A stretch of DNA of 61,776 bases, filler included, from Pirum gemmata (Eukaryota): assembly GCA_002812295.1 (NCBI GenBank). It is 18 parts of 18 records of this genome, joined end to end, with 100 filler letters (N's around TTAATTAATTAA, not from the genome) between each part and the next. Parts side by side here need not be neighbours in the genome. Positions count along the whole stretch, not along the records: positions 37,601 to 40,576 come from PDIN01003865.1; positions 40,677 to 43,678 come from PDIN01003866.1; positions 43,779 to 49,621 come from PDIN01003867.1; positions 49,722 to 52,721 come from PDIN01003868.1; 14 more parts are not named here. One strand, given 5' to 3'. Shown in pieces: positions 38,186 to 49,953 of the stretch. The notes beneath the pieces were generated by a model that made no database searches, was not told the DNA's origin, and was given only the letters and a program-made list of their open reading frames with translations. Numbering within the stretch: position 1 is the first letter of the stretch; every line of letters begins with the position of its first letter. A program made the position numbers and the translations under genes.

Positions 38186-38700
38186 TGATAATGACAAAGG
38201 ATAGTATTGTTGATTTAAGTTTTTTTTCTTAGTCAAGAAATGGGAAAGTTATCCGTTATCTGATGGTTTAGAAGCGACAAGTTTTATTGAATGTGACCGT
38301 TCCAAAGGTAAGGTTGTAGTGACTGATGATTGAAAACTAAATCAACACTTTGCGTTAAAACTAATAATTAGTGATAAAGGAATGATAATGATAAAGGACA
38401 ATATATTGTTGATTTAAGTTCTTTTTAAAGAGGAAATACCTATAATAATAAACCAAGAAATGGGAAAGTTATCCGTTATATGATGCTTTAGAAGCGATAA
38501 GTTTTATTGAATGTGTCCATTCCAAAGGTAAGGTTGTAGTGGCTATGATGATTGAAAACTAAATCAAAACTTTGCGTTAAAACTAATAATTAGTGGCAAA
38601 GCAATGATAATGATAAAGGACAATATTGTTGATTTAAGTTTTTTTTTAAGAGGAAACAACTATAATAATAAACCAAGAAATGGGAAAGTTATCTGTTACT
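38186..38700 (+). repeat. ~220-bp tandem units each carrying a decayed copy of the oxidoreductase 3' end
   Basis: TATCCGTTAT...CCAAAGGTAAGGTTGTAGTG at ~38250 and ~38470 matches 37746-37820. Confidence 0.85.
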
Positions 38701-39139
38701 AATTTTTAATTTGGTACCGTAACTAAGTGTATAATTTATCTGGTTTATAAAATACAACATAACTTATAAAATACCAAAATAATTAAAATAATAATTTGCC
38801 TTTTTACTATTTATTTTTTATTTAATTAATTAATTGATCAGTTACTTACAACTGATCATGACTTTCTTGTGTACAGTGCCGGTTTTGAAGTTTAACAGGC
38901 TTGTTTTAAATTTTATAATAATGTTAACTATGACATTAAATAAAATAGCTCAATATATTCCAATTTCGTTTTAAATTTCATTTACTTTTTTTTTTGGTTC
39001 CTTGTTTTGGTTCTGGTGAATTTTTGTTTAGTTTTATTTTGTTTTTGTTTTGTTTTTATTTGTTTTTATTTTATTTTGTTTTTATTTTGTTTTTATTTTG
39101 TTTTTGTTTTGTTTTGTTTTTGTTTTGTTTTTGTTTTGT

Positions 39140-39170
<31 letters not shown>

Positions 39171-39220
39171 TTATTTTGAAAAAACAAAGAATAAAAATAA
39201 AAAAATCTTAAAATTATATA

Positions 39221-39770
39221 TAAAGAAAATGCACAATTTTAGTGATTTTTAAAAGAACACCATATATAATAGATACAATACTTACTTGATTTATCAATAA
39301 TCTGACTACTTCGTATGCCTTCAATATATAACTTGAATTATTTAGTAACGCTATACTATGAACAGTAACCATTGCCAGATACAATGAACTGTACTACTAC
39401 CATTTCCAGCAAAAAATCTTAATATTAAAGCATTACAGGATTTTAGTGATGGAGGTTAAAAGAACACCAAATAGAATAGATACAATACCTACTTGAGTTT
39501 TCAATAATCTGGCTGCTTTGTATACCTTCAATCTATAGCTTGAATACTTTCTTTTTCAGTAACGGTATATGAACTGTACTGCTATAGTCATTACAAAAAA
39601 TTAATACAAGCAAATGCGCGAATTAAAAGTGATGGTTGAAAGAACAACCAATATAACACATACAATACCTACTTGATTTATCAATAATCTGACTACTTCG
39701 CATGCCTTCAATCCATAGCTTGAATACGTTCTTTTTCAGTAACGGTATACGATGAACTGTACCAGCAAAA
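39221..39770 (-). repeat. three decayed tandem copies of the 3' end of the 39779-40483 CDS
   Basis: Units starting ~39221, ~39425 and ~39601 match 39779-39928. Confidence 0.9.
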
Positions 39771-39778
39771 AAGCTTAA

Positions 39779-40483
39779 TTAAAGCAAATGCACGATTTTA
39801 GTGATGGTTGAAAGAACACTGAATATAATTGACACAATACCTACTTGGTTTATCAATAATCTGACTGCTTCGTAGGCCTTCAATCTAGCTTGAATACGTT
39901 CTTCCTCAGTAACGGTATACGATGAACTCAAATTCTCCTCTTCATCAATATCACAATCAGACAATTCAATAACATCAACATCAACTACGTCTTCCTTTAT
40001 AATTGGTACGTTCAACTCCATATCATGTATGTGTACTCTATGTATTATTTGCATACTTCTACGACATTGTATACCTCTAAACAACAAAACCAAATAACGA
40101 ATATTAGATAAGCCCTTTTGCACACAAAGACGGTAATATGCTCCATCGTCAGGAAGATTCGCTTTTTTGTGTGCGTATATATCACTAGCAAGATCAAAAA
40201 TATTAAAGGCTAAAGATATTAAGCAGCCGATAATAAAGACGTTGCAAGCTTTAATTAAGGGTATTTCATCTAACCGTTGGGGTAAATTAACAGCAAAAAT
40301 TGAAGATGTCGCATGAACAGCATCGATTTTATCCTTTTTATGTTTACCATTACCATCATAATATTGATCATATACAAGCTTGCTGTTTTTATTTAATAAA
40401 CTATCACAACTATATGTTCTGTTAATGCCATTAGATTGATTTATTAAAGGTTGATTTTCTGTTGTTTTTTTTTTTTCAAACAT
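39779..40483 (-). CDS. unknown 234-aa probable membrane protein
   Basis: Intact complex ORF with ATG in A-rich context, two or three hydrophobic segments and an acidic loop. Confidence 0.7.
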   Translation of the reverse strand: MFEKKKTTENQPLINQSNGINRTYSCDSLLNKNSKLVYDQYYDGNGKHKKDKIDAVHATSSIFAVNLPQRLDEIPLIKACNVFIIGCLISLAFNIFDLASDIYAHKKANLPDDGAYYRLCVQKGLSNIRYLVLLFRGIQCRRSMQIIHRVHIHDMELNVPIIKEDVVDVDVIELSDCDIDEEENLSSSYTVTEEERIQARLKAYEAVRLLINQVGIVSIIFSVLSTITKIVHLL

Positions 40484-41849
40484 AATTTACTATATTTTAA
40501 AACACAATAACAATAATGGTGCTAATAATGTTGAAAATATGTTAATTATTAATACTGATAATAATAATAATAATAANNNNNNNNNNNNNNNNNNNNNNNN
40601 NNNNNNNNNNNNNNNNNNNNTTAATTAATTAANNNNNNNNNNNNNNNNNNNNNNNNNNNNNNNNNNNNNNNNNNNNTGGGGGGTGAGGGTAAAAAGTTGC
40701 GAATTATAAAAATATTTTTTACACTTTTTTTACCCACTTCCAAAAGTTTTCCAAACCTTTTTTAACTGTGACGTCATATTAATTAATTTTCATACGTCAT
40801 TAATACATCATAAATCACGTCATGTATTTAGAAAAAACGAAAAACGTCATTGTTTTTTTACTATTTGACGGATACCACCAACTAACTATACCACAGTTAT
40901 ACCAGGCCTGTTATACCACCATATTATAACATTCCGCTACATTTTCCCTTATACAATTATACATATATATCGAATTTTCGGTCTCGAGCTCGTATTCCCA
41001 AGCCTTAGCATTTTTAGTATTATATTATCAAAACGTATTAATATAGGTTGAAAACTGTTGAAATACTGTTGAAATAGTGTTGAAACAGTTGAAACTTGAA
41101 ATAACTTTGAAATATTTTGAAATACTAGTTATACCGGTATGCATACTTGAACTAGCTATATATAGATTAGTTTTTATGCGTTTTTTTTTTTTTTTTTTTT
41201 TTTTTTTTNNNNNNNNNNNNNNNNNNNNNNNNNNNNNNNNNNNNNNNNNNNNNNNNNNNNNNNNNNNNNNNNNNNNNNNNNNNNNAAGTATAAAATACCA
41301 AATTAATTAAAACATGTTTGATAATTTAACCATAATAAAAATTTGGTACGTTTATTTCAGTTTTTGAACTGGACAACACTACTGAAAAACATAATAGATA
41401 AAAAACTTGACTCTGTAATTTTCTTCGCTTATTAATTTATCTACAAAGTTGTTATTATCAGTATTAAAAATCAAGTGCATAAATCTACTGTTCATAATAA
41501 GGAAGCAGATAATGAAGCCATGAAGAGGCGAGTTTAATTGTAAAGGTTTTTAGAAAAGAAGCCTAAAAATAATTTAGTGTATAATATATATATAATATTA
41601 ATATTAATGATTGATTTCTCAACAAGAACCCCATTTTTTTTCTGGATTTTTCAAAAAAAATTTCATTTTGGGTCAGGGAATGAATAGATCGGTGTCTACG
41701 TGAAACTATAGCAAGCTATGATAGAGTGGACTAGTTTACGAAACAAGTAAAACAACCTAGCTATAGTAGTTAGAAGTAGCTAGCTATACTCTCTGACTCT
41801 CTCTCTCTCTCTGTCTTTTTAATATAAGCTGTACCACATCACACCACCA

Positions 41850-42580
41850 AATTTCACAACTATTTATATAGGCTTAATAATATTATTCCAGCTGCAGATA
41901 ATTAACTTTGTCTTACTCTCAATTTTACTATTTCTAAAAATTAAAAACTTCCAATTATTAATTTTAGTTGACACGGGCACCTTATCTACTATATATGGGC
42001 ACCTTATCTACTATATATGTGATCAATACGTCTATTCCATTCCCAGCAATGATTAATTAACACGTAATCCCAAATATTATATTTGTCGACAAATTATCAG
42101 TATATTACTGGATTAAATCATTTTTAACCTCGTCGTTTTGAACAACTATATATATCACAATACTACTCTTTTTGAAATTAATTTCAAGCCTCCATTAAAT
42201 TTTCTTGCAAAATAAAATTAAGCAATTAATGAGTTTATCCAAATCACTATTATTCATCCTCAAATAAATTTAAATTTAAACTATTAAATAGCATCAATTA
42301 AAAGCTATTAATAAAAATTTTAAGTAAAGTAGAAGATAAAACATCACCCTGTCTCACACCAATTACAATATCAAACAAATCACAGTCTTCACCATCATAC
42401 GACTATTTTTATACATCTGCCTAATAACACGCCACATTAATTCTGCCTTTAATTTAATACCGTATTCAAATAATTTAACTCGTAAACATTCTCTCCACAC
42501 TCTACCAAAGGCTTTTTTCACGTCAATAAAAGCTAAATAAGTGTGAATACCATTAGCTAAATTGTTCTCAATAATCTTAT
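41850..42580 (-). mobile_element. second LINE lineage RT remnant (RTE/L2-like)
   Basis: TYLAFIDVKKAFGRVWR, IGVRQGDVLSSTLLKIFIN and a degenerate YTDN; frameshifted. Confidence 0.8.
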
Positions 42581-42644
42581 TTCAAACAAACAAGCTTATA
42601 AATAAAAAATTAAGTGGTGTACACATGTGCAACCTTTGCCACTA

Positions 42645-43678
42645 CTAAAAATATTTGAAACCTTTTGATCCACCTCTCCTTTTCTTATTTATAAACCACC
42701 ATTTGATTTCTTTTACATCTTTTCCTCCACATCTAGCAGATAGGTCTTCTAATTGTGCAGGTGTGGGACTGGGATTGGGCATATTCTGTATATACCATGC
42801 TTCAAGTTCTCTAATCCACAACTTTCTTTCTCTCGATTTTTTTTCCTTTTCAATCTTACTTAGAGATTTTTCTTTTTTGGCTTTCCCTGTACGTGTGGTA
42901 AGCATATTATTTGGAGAGCATGTAGAAGATCGTGGTGTTTGTAGTGGTGACTGAACTGACTTTGGTATTGGTACTATCAAATTTTGTGGCTTTACGTTTG
43001 ATTGGTTAGAGGTTGACTGTTGAAATGTCAGTGATGGTGTTGATGGATGATAATATTGGGATTGAGATTGAGATTGTTGGAGCTGGTGCTGGAGGTGCTG
43101 GTGCTGGTACTGGTATTGGTATTGACGGTCCTGATTCTGTTGGTGTTGTTCATGATATTGGTATTGGTGTTGAGTGTATCGGTATTTTTCGTTTCTTTGC
43201 TGTGTTGGGTAAGAATTCTCAAGAAATTCAGGTGTCAGAGTAAGCGATGATAAATGTGGACATGACAGGGTCCCTGTTAATAGAACTGGGGACGATGGTG
43301 ATAGGGACCCTGATGTTGATGATAGAGACCCCAGAGATAACCTCTGAGGCTCTAGTTCATCAAGGGATAATGAATGTTTTAAAGCAACATCTGGGGTCAT
43401 AGTTGGCAGTGTTTGATAATTGTTAATTGGTCCGTTAATTTGAGGTGATACTGATCGCGAATTCGATAAAAAAGTAATGTTGTAATCAGCATTTTGTATT
43501 TGAGGGGACTGATTCGTTGGTGGTGATGATAGATCTAGTCGGGGTTGTGATTGTGGTTGGTTGTGATGTTGCTGATGTCGATGATATCTTTGTTTTTGCT
43601 GATTTTGCTGATTTTGCTGATTTTGCTGATTTTGCTGATTTTGCTGATTTTGCTGATTTTGCTGATTTTGCTGATTTT
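42645..43678 (-). CDS. TALE-class-like homeodomain protein, 5' truncated by gap
   Basis: Frame is open from the gap (NQQ repeats) through MTPDV to the C-terminal LEAWYIQNMPNPSPT...LSARCG...IKWWFINKKRR. Confidence 0.85.
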
Positions 43679-43838
43679 NNNNNNNNNNNNNNNNNNNNNN
43701 NNNNNNNNNNNNNNNNNNNNNNTTAATTAATTAANNNNNNNNNNNNNNNNNNNNNNNNNNNNNNNNNNNNNNNNNNNNATTACTATTACTATTACTATAA
43801 ATAATATAATAATACTTAAATAATAAAAATAATAATAC

Positions 43839-44006
43839 CTGAAGAGCTGAATTGATATTAGGCCATGCATCTGACCAGCTGCCTCCACAACTGGACGTAC
43901 AATTACTTGAAGGTGAAACATACACTGTTGTTTTCGAATTGGCTGCAAACGTGGTGACTACAAATTCATTAACAAAACTTGCTAATACTAAGAGTGTTAG
44001 TTTCAT
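43839..44006 (-). CDS. first exon of a secreted protein (signal peptide + VYVSPS..C..GS...P.I..AL motif)
   Basis: ATG at 44006, phase-0 donor CAG|GTATTA at 43838; motif typical of N-termini of pectin-lyase-fold proteins. Confidence 0.75.
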
Positions 44007-44578
44007 TTTTCTTTATTTTTGTTTAATTTATTCGATTAGTTTGTGTTTTGTTGTTTTTGTTCGTTGTTTTTTGTTTTTTGTTTTTTGTTTGTTGTTTTAT
44101 AGTTTGTTGTTTTATTGTTTGTTGTTTTACTGTTTGTTGTTTTATTGTTTGTTGTTTATTATTTATTATTTATTATTGTTTATTGTTTATTGTTTATTGT
44201 TTATTGTTGATTGTTGATTGTTGATTGTTTATTGTTTATTGTTTATTGTTTATTGTTTATTGTTTATTGTTTATTGTTTATTGTTTATTGTTTATTGTTT
44301 ATTGTTTATGATAGTTTTTTTCATTTGGACTTTAGCAGTACTTCAGCTCTTTTATATAAAATAAAATTTAATACTTATCCTCTTAAAAAATATTTTATAA
44401 ATTATTATTATCGATATTATCACTTGCCTGGTATTATAAAAATGATAAAACTTTGGGGGGGTCTTGGGGCCCAAGTTGGGGGCTAGTTGGGGGGGTGGAG
44501 TCGGGAAGTGATTGGACTGCAGGATTGGGTGGGGTGTTGAAAGAACGGGGGAGGGATTCCGAATTTCCGAGGGAATCA

Positions 44579-45969
44579 GGCTTCTCCCCTCCCAATTCTG
44601 CTTTGTTTTTAAAAAAATCGAGTTTTCGAGCCTATGCATTAATTAAATAAGCTCGAAAATTCAAAACAGTTACGTATTCAAGTATATTTATATTATATAA
44701 ATAAACCCGAAAAAATAGAAAAAAAAAATTTCGAAAAGGGCTGAATTTCAGCTTTTTTTTTTCGGCAACAGAAATTCGAATCAGGGCAGACTTATTATCA
44801 GGTGGGTTTTCTCATCCTTATTTAGCATTAAAAATTTTATTTGCATGAGCAGACTACCAAGGACTTCAAAAAAACTTTTTTTGAAGTCCTTGAGTCTACC
44901 CACACAACTAACATACCCACACACAGGAACCAGCTAACAGGAACCAAGTTTCATTTATATTTATTTGGTTGGTGATAATATTTAAATTGACATTTTTAAA
45001 TTAATAAATAGATAATAAAATATACCAGATTAAATGAAATAGATTTAAATTGTATTAATGTGGTACTCTCTATTATATATTTTATTTATTCATTACAATA
45101 GTCATTCATATTATAATACTACCCTCTCAATCTTTAATTTGGTACTGTTTAAGTGTATAATTGAACTTGCTTATAAAATACAACATTAAGTATAAACTAC
45201 CAAATTAATTAAAAATGTCCGTATAATAATTATTTGGTACGTTTATTTCAGTTTTTGAACTGGGCAAGACTGTTGAAAAACCATGAGACATGGAGTGGAA
45301 AAACGCCTAGGGAAAAACGCGATGGTAGACTAGACTATCTATTATTATTAAAGAGAGCGTTCAAATAATACGTCATGTCAAGGGGTATGTAGGTAGGTGG
45401 TATTTGACCGTAAATTAACGTCGAGGGGTAGGTAGGTTAGGGGTATTTGAAGCTGTATTTAACTGGAAATTGGCGTTACGTAGTATAGGATATATTTACA
45501 TATTATCAGTAGACTATCATAATAATTATAATATAATATTAATATATATATGATAGTGCTTTTCATTTATTTGTCACTCCGAATATTTATTTGGTTGTTT
45601 ATAATACTTTTAAATTTATATATTTATTATAATAAAATATACCAAGTTTTAAATTAAATGGATTTATATTGTATTTAATTTGGTACTATTTATTGTATAC
45701 TTTATGACGACAAATAACTGAAAAGCACGATAATTAATTATAATATAATTTTTTTACATGATATCATACCTCATGATGATATATAATATTATATTATAAT
45801 TATCATAGAATATACAATAAAGAGTACCAAATAAATACAACAAAAAATCATTTAATTTAATTAATTTGGTATACTTTATTATCTATTTATTCATTTAAAA
45901 ATGTCAATTTAAATATTATAACCAACCAAATAAATATTCAGAATGACAAAATAAATGAAAAGCACAATT
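44579..45969. mobile_element. MITE cluster (F 44579-44790, A part 44950-45080, E 45120-45285, B2 45352-45487, A 45553-45732, A part 45805-45969)
   Basis: Matches to the dispersed families. Confidence 0.75.
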
Positions 45970-47830
45970 ATTAATAGTCAACTGACCCACGTCCCACAGC
46001 AGACCCAAGACTTGTAAACTATCATAGAATTATAGTATAGAATTCATCCATAAAGGACGCTACCTAATCCTACCTATGCCTCTTAAAGTTCATTTTAATA
46101 ATTAATTACTGCCTAAAACAGTTTTAAATCACACTTTCGAGCAATGACTTCTATCAAAGAATAAGTGACATCCTTTATAAATGATTAATGTTCCCAAGAC
46201 TGACCCAATTTTTACTTTTTTCACTCGCGTTCTCAGGATGTCTCATTTTTCCTTTGATGACGCATTCCTCACCCCTCACTGTATTTTCATAGCTTTTTGA
46301 TTTTTTGATTTTTTTGATACAGTTTTTTTGATATTTTATCCAAAGTTTTAAAGTTTTATTTAGAACAACATATATTATTATACCGGTAGACTGTGATGAA
46401 AAAAGTTACCTTTTTTGACGGGCGCCAAAGGGGCCGAACAGCTGGCCGAACCCACACAGGTGCAACACTGAGAAAGAACACTGGGAGGCAGTGAGAGCCA
46501 AGCTCCAAAAATAGATTTTTCGAAAGAAAAACCAGAAGAAAAATTATTCTTTCTTTTTTATCTTTTTTTTTATTTTTTTATTATTAGTCTATTGTTATTA
46601 TTTATTTATTTTGTTAATAAAACTTAGCATGCACAAGTTTGAAGCACTTCAACTAAATAAAAAATGAACAAACAAAAACCACACAACGTAGTAATGTAAC
46701 AACAACACCAACACCAACACCACCAACACCAACACCAACACCAACACCAACACCACCAACACCAACACCAACACCAACAACACCAACAACACCAAAAACA
46801 ACAACACCAACACCAACACNNNNNNNNNNNNNNNNNNNNNNNNNNNNNNNNNNNNNNNNNNNNNNNNNNNNNNNNNNNNNNNNNNNNNNNNNNNNNNNNN
46901 NNNNNNNNNNNNNNNNNNNNNNNNNNNNNNNNNTTTTGACTAAAAGAATCTTCATTTTCATTAATATTATTGTTACGCTTTCGATTTTTTTTTTTTTAAT
47001 TTGCAAGATCAGTATTCTTTTAAATTAAATTAATTTTCTTTTTTCATTGAAAACATCTAAACGATTTCTTGTTTGACTAAAAGAATTCAAACCCATTTTT
47101 AAAGAAAAAATAACTTTAATAAACTTGATATTATTTATATACTGAATATCATAATTAATTAAGAAATAAAAAAAAAACATATTATTTATTTATTAGTATT
47201 TATTTTTTTATTTAGTTTTGTTGTTTGTAGTGAGGCATTGGGAGACTGCGCGAGAGATGACGGAGAAATTTTGGATAGTGAATTTTAAACCATCTAATAT
47301 AATATAACATTAAAATTTTATTTTCGACGTTCGACTACTTTTTTTGCAGTTTTCTTCTGTTGTTAAGTGCAATAGTTTCTTGATTTGATTTACTGTATAA
47401 CATATGTTGTTGTTGTTGTTGTTGCTGTTGTAGAACAGTAGAGGGGCAAAAACAAAAATTTTAAATGATAGTTTACATTTTTTTTTTTTTGAAAGTCACT
47501 CGTGTTTATAATTATCTAGAAAACCCCGCCCGTTTAGAATTCGAATGATATTCAAAACCGAAGTAGAAAGAAATAAACTGTAACAAAAACAGCAGGCATT
47601 AAAATGTCGAGTATCGTGAACTATGATCCCTTTGCCATTATCGCCTTTTATTAATAATTAATAATTATAAGTTAATAATTATATTAGTCACCTTATATCC
47701 ATGATTTTTATAAACTAAGTAAACGGTTTATATAAAGTCACACCAAGAAGTCTTAAAAATGTTGTTCGACATCTATCTCTTGAATATTATTGATTCAATT
47801 GTCAACATTATTAAAATGGTAGGAGCTATG

Positions 47831-48061
47831 GTAGGGGTGAGATGTCTACTGGAACTTTTTTCGAACAGATGCTTATCGAGCCAACTTTAGTTCCGTGTTT
47901 CTTACTAATAATAGCAGTTAAATAGCTTAAAATAGTAAATCTAATTATAGTAGATACCAATTAAAGTAACAATATTAACATTAATAGTAATAAAAACCAT
48001 AAAATCGGAAAAGTTCCGGCAGCTGCTCGGTAATAATAAAATAACGTCATCTCACCTCTAC
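47831..48061 (-). mobile_element. MITE family C, inverted
   Basis: Reverse complement of 195-425. Confidence 0.85.
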
Positions 48062-48182
48062 TATTAAAATAGTTATTAAAAAATTCTGATTTTTGGTCCA
48101 AGGAAAATGTTCTAACTTAATGGTTGGTCCTCCGCTTGACATTTTGGCAGAACATCACATCAATATTGAAATTCAGCTTCCC

Positions 48183-48198
48183 ATTATCATTATTATTT

Positions 48199-48235
<37 letters not shown>

Positions 48236-48348
48236 CATTATTATTATTAATATCATTATTATTATCATTATTATCATTATCATTATCATTATTATTATCA
48301 TTATTATTATCATTATTATCATTATCATTATTATTATCATTATTATTA

Positions 48349-48379
<31 letters not shown>

Positions 48380-48430
48380 CATTATTATTATCATTATTAT
48401 TATCATTATTATTATCATTATTATTATCAT
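48183..48430. repeat. (ATT/ATC)n microsatellite
   Basis: Directly visible. Confidence 0.95.
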
Positions 48431-48705
48431 TGTCTTCTTGTCATTGCGTTACCTAATTATATAGAAGAAAACACATTACCAGAATAATCTTCTTTGTGTT
48501 TAACACAAACTTTTATCAATTAAGTACATTTCATCACTGCCTGCCCATAGAGCTATCCAAGGCTCTTTCAAAGGCGAACTCTACTGTTTCTCCCCTACTG
48601 GGTGTACTATATCTAATGGCTAACTTGAGCCCCAGAAACAGAATAGAACTATTACATAATATTATATGTTTTTTAGTGAATGCTCGTTTTACTTTCGACA
48701 TTGAT

Positions 48706-49428
48706 TTATTGTACTATGAATAAAATGAAACTCATCATTACAGCAAAAATGAAAGAACCACAATAGAGTGGGGAACCTTTATTTTTATATCCCCCTGCGT
48801 TATATTTACATATGTCAGTATTGTTACTATAATCAATAGCTTTGCAACTATAACCACCATCGCTTTGACTTTGACATTTTACATTGTTATACGACGTTAA
48901 CTGAGCATTATAGTCGTTGACGGTACTTTTATTACAATATATATCATCTTTCACTATTACTGCATCCTTTAAATTAACAATACTGTTTTGAGCTATAATT
49001 GCATTATTTTCGTTTTTTTCAATCAAACCACCATTAAAGGTGACTGTCCCATTCCGTGTGTAGATAGCTCCGCCGGTATTACCATGGTTAGCGACCAAGG
49101 TCACGTTTGTCAAAGTGGTGTTGGCATTGAATATACTTAATGCCCCACCAAATGCGTTTACATTAGTGACAACGTTATTAGCGGTATTAATATTGGTACT
49201 GGTGCAATTCCGGATAGTTAGACCAGATATTGCTAACTGTGAACTGTCTAAGAGGAATCCTTGTCCCAACCCATTACAGTCTAAAGTACAAACTTCGTTT
49301 AAAGTGACATTGTTTTGACAGAGTATTACAAGATTGGCGTTGGTAACATTGATATTTTTGTCTTTGAAAGAATTATACAAACCGTTCAGCATCAAAGTTA
49401 TATCGCCCCTTGAATCAGTGCCCATTCC
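48706..49428 (-). CDS. last exon of secreted beta-helix (pectin lyase-fold/PMP-repeat-like) protein with hydrophobic C-terminus
   Basis: Phase-0 TAG|GGA acceptor; FGGAL and N..GGAIY repeats, Asn-rich, terminal hydrophobic stretch (TM or GPI signal). Confidence 0.75.
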   Translation of the reverse strand, partial: GMGTDSRGDITLMLNGLYNSFKDKNINVTNANLVILCQNNVTLNEVCTLDCNGLGQGFLLDSSQLAISGLTIRNCTSTNINTANNVVTNVNAFGGALSIFNANTTLTNVTLVANHGNTGGAIYTRNGTVTFNGGLIEKNENNAIIAQNSIVNLKDAVIVKDDIYCNKSTVNDYNAQLTSYNNVKCQSQSDGGYSCKAIDYSNNTDICKYNAGGYKNKGSPLYCGSFIFAVMMSFILFIVQ

Positions 49429-49953
49429 CTAATAAATAAATAAAATAAATAAATATAAATAAATATAAATAATATAAAACAAATAAAATATATAAAACAA
49501 ATAAAATATATAAAACAAATAAAATAAATAAAACAAATAAATTAAATAAAATATAGAAAATCAATAAAATCAATAAAATCAATAAAATCAATAAAATCAA
49601 TAAAATCAATAAAATCAATAANNNNNNNNNNNNNNNNNNNNNNNNNNNNNNNNNNNNNNNNNNNNTTAATTAATTAANNNNNNNNNNNNNNNNNNNNNNN
49701 NNNNNNNNNNNNNNNNNNNNNATTATTATACAATTACCTTTATATATATATATATATATATAATTATATATCGATAATAAAATAAAAATAAAAGCTTGGA
49801 TGAATATTCAATAATAAATCAATATTGTGTATTATATATTATTATTACAAACAAACAAACAAACAAACAAAGAGCAGGCAAACAATATATGTTCTTCATA
49901 TTTTTCTTTATTATCAAAGTAGACTAGTAGTAATATTTTGATTATATTCCGTA

